DNA of 64,000 nucleotides from an uncultured Chloroflexia bacterium (GCA_963728605.1 CAVSKS010000009.1:599317-663316); one strand, 5' to 3'. Positions 1 to 8,939 are shown, counted from the stretch's first letter. Notes: generated from the sequence alone by a model not told the origin. Numbers and translations are program-made.

Positions 1-468
1 GACGTCCTGATCGAGGTCGTCGACGCCTCCGATGCCCGTTTCGCCGAGCACCGGACGACCGTCCAGACGGTCCTCGACGAGCTGGGCGCCGGCGACAAGC
101 CGCGGCTCGTCGCGTTCAACAAGGCCGACCTGCTCGACACGACGGCACGCGATGGCGCCACGCCCGCCCCGGCGATCGCCGGCTCGGTGTTCGTGTCGGC
201 GCTGACGGGCTACGGGATGGACACCCTGCGGGCGGAGATCGCCGCGCTCCTGGCGTCCCTGTGGGTCGACGTCGACGTGTCGGTGCCGTATGCCGCCGGC
301 GAGCTGCTGGCCCGCGTCCGCGAGCGGGGAACCGTGGACCTCGACTACCGCGACCGCGACGTGCGGGTCCATGGCCGGATCGCGCCGGCCCTCGCGGGCG
401 AGCTCCGAGCGACGGCCGATCGCTGGTCGGAGGCGGCGTCGACGAACGGGTCCGGCCCGGAGGCCTGA
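1..468 (+). CDS. hflX: GTPase HflX, C-terminal part (5' end outside window)
   Basis: Frame 1 is open from position 1: DVLIEVVDASDARFAEHRTTVQTVLDELGAGDKPRLVAFNKADLL...GYGMDTLRAEIAALL. NKAD is the G4 motif and the tail is HflX-like. Stop TGA at 466-468. Confidence 0.8.
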   Translation, partial: DVLIEVVDASDARFAEHRTTVQTVLDELGAGDKPRLVAFNKADLLDTTARDGATPAPAIAGSVFVSALTGYGMDTLRAEIAALLASLWVDVDVSVPYAAGELLARVRERGTVDLDYRDRDVRVHGRIAPALAGELRATADRWSEAASTNGSGPEA

Positions 469-470
469 TC

Positions 471-986
471 GTGGCCGCGTTGGTCCGGCTCGGCGGCCGG
501 GGCACGCTCCGTGATGGTTCGCGCGTCGTCTGGTCCGTGGCGGAGGGCCGTCGCGGCCGGCGCTGGCGGGAGGTCCGAACGGCCGCCGACGGGGCGGTCA
601 TCAGCTCGCTCCTCCTGGAGACCGACGCGGACGGACGGTTCAGTCACACCGAGCTCGCGACGGCGGCGGGACTCCTGACCCTTCACCCGGAGGGTGACGG
701 CACCCTCCACGGCAACCTCATCACCGAGGGCGGCGTGCAGCACGTCCGGGGCGTCCCGTGGCACGCCGATGGTGCCGTCCTGCTGCTCGAATCGCCGGTC
801 GCCACCGCCGTCGCGGCGGCAACCGCCCGCCGCCTCCGAGGGCCGATTCCGAGGGTGGTCTTCATCGAGCCCGAGGATCTCCGCCTCCTCCCGGGCAGCG
901 ACGTCGAGCAGGCCTCGGAGGGCGTCATCGACACCGAGGGGTTGCCGATCCTGACGGACGCCGAGAGCTGGCCGCTCGAGGAGTAG
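471..986 (+). CDS. hypothetical protein
   Basis: GTG at 471, 3 nt after the hflX stop, in the frame of ORF 261..986. Third-position GC is very high throughout. No recognisable domain. Confidence 0.55.
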   Translation: MAALVRLGGRGTLRDGSRVVWSVAEGRRGRRWREVRTAADGAVISSLLLETDADGRFSHTELATAAGLLTLHPEGDGTLHGNLITEGGVQHVRGVPWHADGAVLLLESPVATAVAAATARRLRGPIPRVVFIEPEDLRLLPGSDVEQASEGVIDTEGLPILTDAESWPLEE

Positions 987-1007
987 GGGAGTCCCAAGGC
1001 CGAAGGT

Positions 1008-1072
1008 CGATTGTGGATAACCTGTGGAAAAGCCTCCAAATAAGCACGCCCCAACTCGGAAAGCTGTGGATA
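1008..1072. promoter_or_regulatory. cluster of DnaA-box-like 9-mers: TGTGGATAA twice, TGTGGAAAA once
   Basis: Two perfect matches to the E. coli-type DnaA box (TTATCCACA on the other strand) at 1010-1018 and 1062-1070, plus a 1-mismatch copy between them. A fourth 1-mismatch copy, GTGGATAAC, heads the paralogous element at 3414-3422. Confidence 0.3.
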
Positions 1073-1205
1073 ACTCCCTTCCCCCCGGGTGACCTCCACC
1101 GCTACTGTTGGTCTTGCCTGAAGGGGCAACCAGACCGAAAGCGACACCGTTGGTACTTGTATTGACGGGGTCGACTACGGACCGGATGTTCCTTCGGGCG
1201 TTTTC
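1064..1205 (+). ncRNA. candidate cis-regulatory structured RNA leader (riboswitch-like), copy A; class unknown
   Basis: About 140 nt with a paralogous copy at 3413-3553. The blocks gtcttgcctgaagggc.ac..gaccgaaagc, ctacggaccg and ggttccttcgggcgttt are conserved, with variable and partly compensatory bases between them. The 5' gcctgaagg (1116-1124) can pair with the 3' ccttcgggc (1191-1199) as an enclosing P1. It ends in a U-run directly before an ATG at 1206. Confidence 0.4.
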
Positions 1206-1583
1206 ATGTCCGCCGACCATGCGCCGCTCAATCGGCTCCTGCATGGCGCGGCCAACTCGGCGCGAGCGAGCTTCCGCGGCAAGCCGACCGCCGAGAGTGA
1301 GGCGGCGGTCCGGCGCGCCTTGCGGGAGGTTACCTTCCGCTTCGAGCTGGTCACGCGGGCGAACGTTGTGGCCCATGAGGCACTCGACCTCGATGCGTTC
1401 GCCTATGCGGCGTTCACCAGCCAGCGGTCGGTCTCGTCGCACAGGAAGGCTACCCACTCGGTCCCGGGCTCGCGGTCGGGGCCGTGGTACACGACGCCGC
1501 ACAGCTTTCGCCCCGCTGGCAAGGCCTCGGCGGCCGCCTGCCAGGCGCCCTGTAAAGCAGCAATGTCCATGTTGGAACTCTAG
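1206..1583 (+). CDS. hypothetical protein (uncertain)
   Basis: ORF begins right after the RNA-like leader and has high third-position GC in its first two thirds. A competing 55-codon minus-strand ORF (1403-1570) also looks protein-like. No known domain. Confidence 0.3.
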   Translation: MSADHAPLNRLLHGAANSARASFRGKPTAESEAAVRRALREVTFRFELVTRANVVAHEALDLDAFAYAAFTSQRSVSSHRKATHSVPGSRSGPWYTTPHSFRPAGKASAAACQAPCKAAMSMLEL

Positions 1584-1969
1584 GACCAACCAAGCGGACG
1601 ACACGCCGCCCACTATGTCTACATCGTGACTGTGCAACGCACCTTCTCGATGGATTGCGCTCGCCTCTTGCAGTGGCCGCCCGCTAAACCCGTAGAAAGG
1701 TCGTCGTCGCTGTTAGCCGATCGTCCGGCCGCATCGCTACTGGCAGGGAGCGGATTTCGCGCTTCAAGCGCCTCGGCGACGCAACGGAGAACACCGTTGG
1801 CCTGCTCAAGCGGTCCGGTCCGAAGATCGCCGCCCGAAGGCAACGGAGACCGGTGTTGGCGACAAATTGAGGGGTGACGGTGGGGACCATCAGGAGCAGC
1901 ATACGGCGATTGGCGCGCGATGCGAGGGGTCGCGCGACCGCCCACGTTCGTATTCGGTGGAGGTTGGCC

Positions 1970-2734
1970 ATGCTGCTCAAGCGACTCTCGCGTCGTCTTC
2001 TCGCTCCGCTTTCGCTCATCGCCCTTGGCGCGGCTGGCCCACTCGCTGTTCTGGCATCGCACCAGTTCACCGACGTGCCCACGTCGAGCACCTTCCACGC
2101 CGACATCGACGCCATCCGCGACGCCGGCGTGACCACCGGCTGCGCCGTCGGCAAGTACTGTCCCAAGGACTTCGTCACTCGCGAGCAGATGGCGGCGTTC
2201 CTCAACCGTCTGGGCGCGCTGCAGGCAGGCAAGCCGCCGGTCGTCAACGCCAAACTGCTGAACGGCAATCCCGCCACGAGCTTTCTGCCGTCAGGCGGGT
2301 TGACGACCGTCAGTCAAATTGGGCCGTGGACGACTATCGGTCAGCCATCCGTGATCGTTGACAACACTTGGGACACGCGGGTCTGGGCGCCCGAGGACGC
2401 AGGCCTTTGGCTCAATCTTCGCCCGCCCGCCGGGTTCAGCGGCTTTACGTGGTGGCTATCGAGAATCGAGGTGTGCTTCGGCTCGGGCAGCACGGACCCT
2501 GTAACGGTCAATGAGCTGACGGTCGGCCAGACCATCGACGGCGACCCGACCGTGGCCCTCTCCACGCGAACAACGCCAGTCACCATCGGGGCTGGCGAGT
2601 GCGATGTCCTCACGGTCACACCAGGGCCGCAAATCGCCGGCGCGTATTGGGTTCATATGGAACTCGATGGAGGGCAGGACGTTCAGGTCTTCGTCGGGGA
2701 AGTCCGATCGTTCTGGGGCTTCCAGAACGACTAG
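1970..2734 (+). CDS. SLH (S-layer homology) domain-containing secreted protein
   Basis: ATG at 1970 preceded by GGAGG. Signal peptide MLLKRLSRRLLAPLSLIALGAAGPLAVLA, then an SLH motif FTDVPTSSTFHADIDAIRDAGVTTGC...FVTREQMAAFLNRL. Confidence 0.75.
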   Translation: MLLKRLSRRLLAPLSLIALGAAGPLAVLASHQFTDVPTSSTFHADIDAIRDAGVTTGCAVGKYCPKDFVTREQMAAFLNRLGALQAGKPPVVNAKLLNGNPATSFLPSGGLTTVSQIGPWTTIGQPSVIVDNTWDTRVWAPEDAGLWLNLRPPAGFSGFTWWLSRIEVCFGSGSTDPVTVNELTVGQTIDGDPTVALSTRTTPVTIGAGECDVLTVTPGPQIAGAYWVHMELDGGQDVQVFVGEVRSFWGFQND

Positions 2735-2869
2735 GGCCAACTCGCAAGCCGGCGCGGTGACCTGGGCTGCATCGCTCGTCCCCGATTGGTAATCCCAGGT
2801 CGCTCCAGATGGAAAGACGCCTTCGCCCCCTTGCTCATGGCTAGATGAGTGTCACGGTCCGCAAGACGG

Positions 2870-3361
2870 TCAAGTGGTACGCGGGCCGCTACGCCCCTCG
2901 CTCAGCTTGGTGTCACTCCAGACCTGGAAGCGGAATGTCTGGCCCGGCAGCAGGGTGACATCCTGGCGCGCCGAGCCCGTCGCCCCGGTCTGGAACGAGA
3001 CCCATGACGGCGGAGCCTCGGGATCGAGTGGCTGGCGGACGTTGCCATCGGGCAATGACGGGGCCTGGTAGAGGCTGCCGCCGGACGTCGCGCTGAGGCC
3101 CCACAGTCCGCTCCCGGCCTCGAAGCCCGGGGAGGTCAGGAACTGGTCGTCGGTCTGGATGGCGTGGCCCTCGTTGTCGCGGATCGTCCGGGCTGTCGTC
3201 TGGGCCACGCTCCGGCCGGATAGGTAGAGGTTGCGGACCTGGGGGCCGGTCAGGACCTGACTCCAGATCGCCGGCTCGTCAATCCAGCCGTCGAACCACT
3301 CGGGCGAGGACGTCAAGCCCGTCGCCCCGGCCGCGGCCGTCCACCGGCCTGCCTGGGCCAT
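2870..3361 (-). pseudogene. truncated LamG/concanavalin-like domain protein fragment (C-terminal part only)
   Basis: Contains FDGWIDEPAIWSQVLTGPQVRNLY, the C-terminal signature of LamG-type domains, only about 30 aa after the first Met. The N-terminal about 100 aa of the domain are missing. The upstream sequence in frame is unrelated and stops at about 3452. Confidence 0.4.
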
Positions 3362-3412
3362 CGTGGAAGAGGTGTGGACAAGCGAGGCGATCCGCGACAG
3401 GTTTCTCCGAAA

Positions 3413-3553
3413 CTCGTGGATAACCGCCTTCCCAGGTGCCGACCTTCCCGACTACAGTAGGTCTTGCCTGAAGGGGCCACGGACCGAAAGCAGTCTCGCG
3501 GGTGCTTGCATCAGCGGGAATGGCTACGGACCGACGGTTCCTTCGGGCGTTTC
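3413..3553 (+). ncRNA. candidate cis-regulatory structured RNA leader, copy B (paralogue of 1064-1205)
   Basis: Same conserved blocks and the same P1 arms (3466-3474 with 3540-3548) as copy A. Lies directly upstream of the dehydratase-like gene at 3579. Confidence 0.4.
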
Positions 3554-3578
3554 TCTTTGTCCCCGGAGATCCGCAGCC

Positions 3579-4550
3579 GTGCCGGTCCCGCGCGACGATC
3601 CCGAGCTCGAGCCCGCGGCCATTCGCGCCGCCGTGGCCGACATCGACCCCGTCTTCAGCAACTCCCCGCAGTTCGTCCACGACGGCCTGTCCGAGCGCGC
3701 CGGTCGACCGGTCGTCGTCAAGGTCGAGACCGTCAACCCGATCGGCGCATTCAAGGGCCGTGGAACTTGGCTGGTCATGCGCCGACTGGCAGGGGAGGGG
3801 AGGGTCGGCCCGGATCGTGCCTGTGTCGTCGCCTCGACCGGCAACTTCGGGCAAGGCATCGCCTACGCCGGCCGGTCGATCGGCGTGCCGGTCGTCGTGT
3901 TCGCGCACGCGGACGCCAATCCCACCAAGGTCGACCGGATCCGCCGGTTCGGGGCGACCGTCCTGGCCACGGGACGCGACTTCGACGAGGCTCGCGAGGC
4001 GTCCGCCAGGTACGCCAGGGAGCATGACGCCACGCTCGTCGTCGACGGTGAGCTGCCGTCGATCGCCGCCGGCGCCGGGACGCTCGCCGTCGAGCTGACC
4101 GACGCGGTCGCGGCGGGGCGCCTGCCCCAGATCGGTGCGGCCTACGTGCCGGTCGGCAACGGTGCGCTGATCGTCGGCGTCGGGGCGTGGCTGCGATCGG
4201 CCGCGCCGGGCTGTCGGGTCATCGGGGTGCAGTCGGACGCCGCGCCGTCGATGACCCTGTCGTGGCGGGAAGGCCGGCTCGTCGAGACCGAGACCGCGGA
4301 GACCTACGCCGACGGGATCGCCACCAGGGTTCCGGTCCCGGAGGCCCTCGAGATGATGGGCGGCCGGGTCGACGACATGCGGCTCGTCGCCGAGGCGGGC
4401 CTCCACGCCGCCCAGGTCGAGCTACGCGAGGCGCTCGGGATCACCGTCGAGGGCGCGGCCGCCGCGTCATGGGCAGGGCTGCTAGCCGATACCGAGCCGG
4501 CGCCGGGTGCCGCACTGGTGATCATCACGGGGAGCAACGCCCCCCGCTGA
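3579..4550 (+). CDS. PLP-dependent fold-type II enzyme (threonine/serine dehydratase or cysteine synthase superfamily)
   Basis: GTG at 3579, in the frame of ORF 3363..4550, chosen downstream of the leader. FKGRG lysine motif, STGNFGQGIAYAG glycine-rich loop, typical length. Confidence 0.8.
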   Translation: MPVPRDDPELEPAAIRAAVADIDPVFSNSPQFVHDGLSERAGRPVVVKVETVNPIGAFKGRGTWLVMRRLAGEGRVGPDRACVVASTGNFGQGIAYAGRSIGVPVVVFAHADANPTKVDRIRRFGATVLATGRDFDEAREASARYAREHDATLVVDGELPSIAAGAGTLAVELTDAVAAGRLPQIGAAYVPVGNGALIVGVGAWLRSAAPGCRVIGVQSDAAPSMTLSWREGRLVETETAETYADGIATRVPVPEALEMMGGRVDDMRLVAEAGLHAAQVELREALGITVEGAAAASWAGLLADTEPAPGAALVIITGSNAPR

Positions 4551-4555
4551 CGGCG

Positions 4556-4861
4556 TCAGTGGTTCGAGACGTCGTCGACGATGTTGAAGACGAAGACCGG
4601 CAGCCCGGGGGTTTCGGGCAGGTCCTTGATGCACAGCCGCGTGTTGCCGTTCTTGTCGCTGTCGGCCCACCACAGGTCCAGCGGCTCGCCGAGCAGCTCC
4701 TCGGGCACGCCGAGCGCTCGCGAAACGTCACGAAAGGCGTCCTTGGTGGAGCTCGTGAAGCCGTCGTTCGGACAACCGCGGGCAGGCTTGGCGGCGCTCA
4801 CGGGCGCGGCGCCTACCGTCAGCAGCACGACCACCAGCAGGACCCTGACGACCACGCGCAT
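4556..4861 (-). CDS. small secreted hypothetical protein
   Basis: Internal ATG at 4861 preceded by GGGAGG. Signal peptide MRVVVRVLLVVVLLTVGAAPVSA. About 101 aa. Confidence 0.6.
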   Translation of the reverse strand: MRVVVRVLLVVVLLTVGAAPVSAAKPARGCPNDGFTSSTKDAFRDVSRALGVPEELLGEPLDLWWADSDKNGNTRLCIKDLPETPGLPVFVFNIVDDVSNH

Positions 4862-5018
4862 GTCGACCTCCCTCGATCCAGGACCCCAGTCTACCTGCCG
4901 GATCACCTGATTCGGTGAGGCCAACCCACCCGATGGTCAGGCTGGTCAAGCGGCCAGCGGCCGGTGACGATAGGCACCGCAGTAGCCCAGCTGCTCCTGA
5001 CAACATGGAGGTTTCCCG

Positions 5019-5201
5019 ATGTTCGGCCGAGTTTTCCGCACGAGTGATCCATTCGAGGGCCGCGGCGCCCGCCGGCGGAACGTCAGAGTCCAGGTCGAGA
5101 GCTTCGTTGCCTTTGCCTTCGCCATCGTCGCCTGCGGCCTGGTGGCGGCGACGTGGCTGCAGCTGCTGGCGCCGTTCGCCGACCAGTTCGTCCTGCACTG
5201 A
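5019..5201 (+). CDS. small hypothetical membrane protein
   Basis: GGAGG 7 nt upstream of the start. One hydrophobic helix, FVAFAFAIVACGLVAATWLQLL. Confidence 0.35.
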   Translation: MFGRVFRTSDPFEGRGARRRNVRVQVESFVAFAFAIVACGLVAATWLQLLAPFADQFVLH

Positions 5202-5208
5202 CCGTCCG

Positions 5209-5499
5209 CTAGCGGTCCAGGCGGAAGTCGAGACCGCGCCTCTGGAGCGCCGGCTTCAGCAGGACGATCGACTTCGGCCCGAAGCCGTGCAGCCGGAGCA
5301 GCTCGCGCTCGCTGTGCCTTGCCACCTGTTCCAGCGTGCGGATGCCGGCCCCGTGTAAGGCATCCCGGGCGGGGTTTGAGAGGCTGGTCGGAAGGTCATC
5401 GGTCGACACGGTCAGCCGACGATAGCAGCCAGAGTCGCGGACCCGACCCACGTCGGCTAGTTGACAGGGCCACGCTCGCCACAACCGGGCCTTGCTCAC
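5209..5499 (-). CDS. small helix-hairpin-helix protein resembling the RNA polymerase alpha C-terminal domain (start uncertain)
   Basis: DDLPTSLSNPARDALHGAGIRTLEQVARHSERELLRLHGFGPKSIVLLKPALQRRGLDF follows the RpoA-CTD pattern (L.LS.R..N.L...GI.T...L......ELL....FG.KS). Third-position GC is high only in the C-terminal about 65 codons, so the true start is probably internal. Confidence 0.45.
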   Translation of the reverse strand: MSKARLWRAWPCQLADVGRVRDSGCYRRLTVSTDDLPTSLSNPARDALHGAGIRTLEQVARHSERELLRLHGFGPKSIVLLKPALQRRGLDFRLDR

Positions 5500-5534
5500 G
5501 TCTCATCGCAAACTTGCAGCGTGGACGTGCCTGA

Positions 5535-6920
5535 ATGACCCGCCGAACCTCGACCCTCCTCACCGCGGCCCTGACGGCGCTCGCCGCCGCCTGCAGCGTC
5601 CGCATCCCGCCAGCATCGTCGCCGCCGATCGCTGGCCCGACTGCATCTGCGACCGCGAGGGCCTCGGCGGCCGCGGCCTCGGCGGTGCCGGTGTCACCGC
5701 TCGTGCCTACGCCTCCGCCGGCCGGTGGGGGCCTCACCGCGGAGCTCGTTTGTGAGGAGCCGGGATGCGGGCTCAGCCTCCTCGACGCCGACGGCGAGGT
5801 CATGCCCGGTTGGCCGGTCGAGCTCGACGGCTTCTGCAGCGGGGCGGTGACCGACGGAATCCAGCGCGTCTATGCGGCCTGTGACATCAGCGTCGAGGGG
5901 CCCACGCTGCATGGATTCAACGCCAGCGGGGCGGTCGCGGACGGCTGGCCCGTCATCCTTCCGGCACCCATCGGCACCGTCTCCGTGAACGATTTCACCG
6001 CGGTATGCGGACGGCAGTTGCCGCCGATCTCCCTTGGCGCGGACGGCACGCTGTACGTGAGCACGTGGGACGAATCCGTGCGGCTGCTCCATGCCATCGA
6101 CCCCGCCGGGCAGCCTCGGGCCGGGTGGCCCCAGCCATTGCCGGGTGACAACCAATTCGGCTGCGGTGGGTTCACGCTCCTGCCCGACCAAACGCTCCGT
6201 GCCTGGGGGTACGAAGGGGAGCCCTCCGTGCCAATCGAACTGGGCTACGGTCCGTTCGCCCAGCGGACCGTATTCACAGCCTTGGCGGCTGATGGCTCCA
6301 CGCTGCCCGGTTGGCCATTCGGTTCAACGGGCACAGGCTCCGGTGCGCTGATCGGCGCCGACGGGACCCTGTACCACGTCTCGGAGGCGGGCAACGTGTG
6401 GGCCCACGGGATGGACGGCCAGCCGAAGCCGGGTTGGCCATTCGCGCTAGGCGAGGAGTGGATGTCGCCGTACCTCGCTCCCGACGGCCGGCTGGTCCTG
6501 CTCTCTGCCACCGGCACCGGCGAGATCGTCGCCATCGGCCCGGACGGAGCCACGTCCCCGGGCTGGCCGCGGCGGCTGCTCGTGGGTCGTGCCTCGCCGT
6601 GTCTGTACAACGGCGACACGGACTGCTTCTTCCTGGTGGAACCGGTGTTCGGACCTGACGGGACGGTCTACCTCGCCCTCGCGCCGATCGCGGAGGGCCT
6701 GGGTGGCAGCATCCTGGCCCTCGGACCGGACGGCCTCGTCCCTGCCGGCTGGCCGTTGCAGCTACCCGACGCCGTGGGCGCGGTCGGGCTGGCGGTCGAC
6801 GGAGCCGGCCACGTCATCGTCCACACGGCGACGTGCACCAGCGAGCCCTGCTGGGAGACCGCGGTCTACGACTCGCTCACCATCAGCGGTGCGGGCCAGG
6901 TCATCGAGGGGCGCCCCTGA
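5535..6920 (+). CDS. lipoprotein with beta-propeller-like GWP repeats
   Basis: Lipobox LTALAAAC. At least seven repeats carry (P/A/D)GWP(V/F/Q). Confidence 0.75.
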   Translation: MTRRTSTLLTAALTALAAACSVRIPPASSPPIAGPTASATARASAAAASAVPVSPLVPTPPPAGGGLTAELVCEEPGCGLSLLDADGEVMPGWPVELDGFCSGAVTDGIQRVYAACDISVEGPTLHGFNASGAVADGWPVILPAPIGTVSVNDFTAVCGRQLPPISLGADGTLYVSTWDESVRLLHAIDPAGQPRAGWPQPLPGDNQFGCGGFTLLPDQTLRAWGYEGEPSVPIELGYGPFAQRTVFTALAADGSTLPGWPFGSTGTGSGALIGADGTLYHVSEAGNVWAHGMDGQPKPGWPFALGEEWMSPYLAPDGRLVLLSATGTGEIVAIGPDGATSPGWPRRLLVGRASPCLYNGDTDCFFLVEPVFGPDGTVYLALAPIAEGLGGSILALGPDGLVPAGWPLQLPDAVGAVGLAVDGAGHVIVHTATCTSEPCWETAVYDSLTISGAGQVIEGRP

Positions 6921-7091
6921 GTCGCCGCGGCTACTCGCGGGCCGTAGGCCGCCACCGAGTCGCTCGACCAGGGGATCGATCCGATGCCCGGGAAGGCATC
7001 GGGCGGCCACGGCGATTGAAAATCAGCGAGGCCGGGAGGATGATGCTTCACGGCGAGCCGCACCGTTCTGTGCGGCACCACGTGGGGAGGG

Positions 7092-7697
7092 ATGAGCACC
7101 ATGGCGATGAACAACCCCAACAGCAGGGTGCAGGGGATCTTCGAGTCGCTCATCGGGGTCATGCGCGACGCCAAGGCGACGCAGCTCAAGGTGGAGATCG
7201 ACAACAAGCTCAAGGAGCAGAACGCGGTTGGCGACATGTCACCCAATGACCTGTACGACCTGATGGACAAGGCCGCGGCGACCAACACCGCCCTCCAGGA
7301 GAACGACATCGAGCGGGACATCGTCGTCCGCGCCGTCAGCGACGACATGGTCCAGAAGACCGCGGCCAAGGTGGTCACCATCCTCCGGCTTCCGCCCACG
7401 CCCGAGCTGATCGAAGCCGTCAAGGTGAACATCGATCAGGCCAAGCACGACGACTACGCGACGACCCACATCAACGACATGCTCGGCGAGATGGCGATGG
7501 CCGCCGTGGACACCCCGCAGGTCCGTGAGGCAAACCCGAACTTCAAGGGACTCGACGAGACCACAAAGGGCGCCATCGTCGCGGATGTGGTCGCCGACCT
7601 CCGCGAGCGAGTCTCGATCACCGTCGCCAATGACCTGATCACGCCGCCCGGGACTGCGCCCGGCGGGTACCCGAGCCGCTCCACGTCGCCACGCTGA
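7092..7697 (+). CDS. hypothetical protein (helical, no recognised domain)
   Basis: GGGAGGG before the ATG. Very high third-position GC over all 201 codons. Confidence 0.7.
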   Translation: MSTMAMNNPNSRVQGIFESLIGVMRDAKATQLKVEIDNKLKEQNAVGDMSPNDLYDLMDKAAATNTALQENDIERDIVVRAVSDDMVQKTAAKVVTILRLPPTPELIEAVKVNIDQAKHDDYATTHINDMLGEMAMAAVDTPQVREANPNFKGLDETTKGAIVADVVADLRERVSITVANDLITPPGTAPGGYPSRSTSPR

Positions 7698-7778
7698 CCC
7701 GGGGCCTTCGCCCAGAGGCTCGATCGTGGCCTCCCACGCGTCGATGTGGGAGGCCGGCGTCAGCGCGGGGTCAAAGGG

Positions 7779-8195
7779 TCAGAAATCGCGCCGACCCTCG
7801 AAGTGCTCGCCGACCTCCGGCCTGGTGAGCTGGTACAGGGCGATCCGCTGCCCACCTGGCGCGCGGAACGAGCACACCGGACCATGCGGAATCTCGAACG
7901 TCCGCTCCCGCTCCCAGCCGCGGCCGTCGAGCTCGGCCAGCGCGGCTGGTAGATCCGCGACCCGGTAGACGAGGACCGGCGCCTCACCCTCGACGTGGTC
8001 GGCCAGCAGGATCCGCGGGGCGGTGGGGGAGAGCTCGAGCATACAGACGCGGGCGCCCATGCCCTCAACGGCGAAGACGATCCGTCCGCCGAGGACGTCC
8101 TGGAAGTACGCGGCGTCGGTGGCGACATCCCGGCTCGGCATGTAGACGAAGTCGAGCGACTCGAACACGACCCGAAGCCTACGCCGGGCTGCCAT
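7779..8195 (-). CDS. VOC/glyoxalase-bleomycin-resistance family protein
   Basis: Internal ATG at 8195. LRVVFESLDFVYMP...GGRIVF...VLVYRVADLPAALAELDGRG...RAPGGQRIALYQ is a typical glyoxalase-fold pattern. Confidence 0.6.
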   Translation of the reverse strand: MAARRRLRVVFESLDFVYMPSRDVATDAAYFQDVLGGRIVFAVEGMGARVCMLELSPTAPRILLADHVEGEAPVLVYRVADLPAALAELDGRGWERERTFEIPHGPVCSFRAPGGQRIALYQLTRPEVGEHFEGRRDF

Positions 8196-8244
8196 GATCG
8201 ATGTCGAGTCCGACCCCGACCCTGGCCCAAAGGAGCTTCCCTCC

Positions 8245-8889
8245 GTGTCACTCGCCCGCGTCCAGTTCTTCTCGATCTCGCTCGACGGCTTCGGCACCGG
8301 CGAGGGCCTCAGTCTCGAGGCGCCGTTCGGCCACGCCGGCGAACGTCTGCACGAGTGGATGTTCGTCACCCGGTGGTGGCAGGAGCGGTCGGGCGAGCCA
8401 GGCGGCAGCGCTGGCATCGACGACGCGTTCATCCGGATGCACGATCTTGGGGTCGGTGCCGAGATCATGGGTGCCGGGAAGTTCGGCTATCCCGGCTGGC
8501 ACGAGGACCCCGACTGGAAAGGCTGGTGGGGCGATAACCCGCCATTCCACACCCCGGTCTTCGTGCTGACCCATCACCGGCGCCCTCCGATCGAGATGGA
8601 GGGCGGGACGACGTTCCACTTCCTTGACACGTCTCCGGCGGAGGCTTTGGAGACGGCCCGCACGGCCGCCGGCGGCCAGGATGTCCGGATCGGCGGCGGG
8701 GCCAAGGTGATCCGGGCGTTCCTCGAGGCTCGGCTCATCGACCACATGCACCTGGTGGTGGTCCCGATCCTGCTCGGCCGGGGCGAGCGCCTGTGGGACG
8801 GACTCGAGGGCCTCGAGCGGGACTACGCGATCGAGTCCGTCTCGTCGCCAAGCGGTGTTACCCACCTGACGTTCACCCGGGTGGGGTGA
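8245..8889 (+). CDS. dihydrofolate reductase-like protein (RibD C-terminal domain family)
   Basis: GTG at 8245 with AGGAG 9 nt upstream. ARVQFFSISLDGFG...VFVLTHH...VRIGGGAKVIRAFLEARLIDHMHLVVVPILLGRGERLW. Confidence 0.7.
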   Translation: MSLARVQFFSISLDGFGTGEGLSLEAPFGHAGERLHEWMFVTRWWQERSGEPGGSAGIDDAFIRMHDLGVGAEIMGAGKFGYPGWHEDPDWKGWWGDNPPFHTPVFVLTHHRRPPIEMEGGTTFHFLDTSPAEALETARTAAGGQDVRIGGGAKVIRAFLEARLIDHMHLVVVPILLGRGERLWDGLEGLERDYAIESVSSPSGVTHLTFTRVG

Positions 8890-8928
8890 TTGACAAGCGA
8901 TCACCCTGTTCTTACCGTTGTTGGTAAG
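8890..8928 (+). promoter_or_regulatory. putative vapBC promoter (-35 TTGACA) with a perfect inverted-repeat operator CTTACC-N6-GGTAAG
   Basis: TTGACA at 8890-8895. Palindrome cttaccgttgttggtaag at 8911-8928, 11 nt before the vapB ATG. Confidence 0.4.
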
Positions 8929-8939
8929 AAAGGGGTGGG

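Noticed and set aside
1008-1072. Possibility that the DnaA-box cluster marks oriC
   Set aside because: Only three or four boxes. No dnaA or dnaN, and no AT-rich unwinding element nearby.
1064-1205. Identification of the repeated leader as a glycine riboswitch
   Set aside because: Only the GAAGGGGCAA block resembles the glycine aptamer. The GGAGAG and CUCAGGCAAAAGGAC motifs are absent. Left unclassified.
345-1637. 430-aa minus-strand ORF spanning the hflX tail, the hypothetical gene and the RNA-like element
   Set aside because: Typical high-GC shadow ORF. It is Arg/Pro/Gly-rich, has low third-position GC relative to the plus-strand genes it overlaps, and crosses the intergenic leader.
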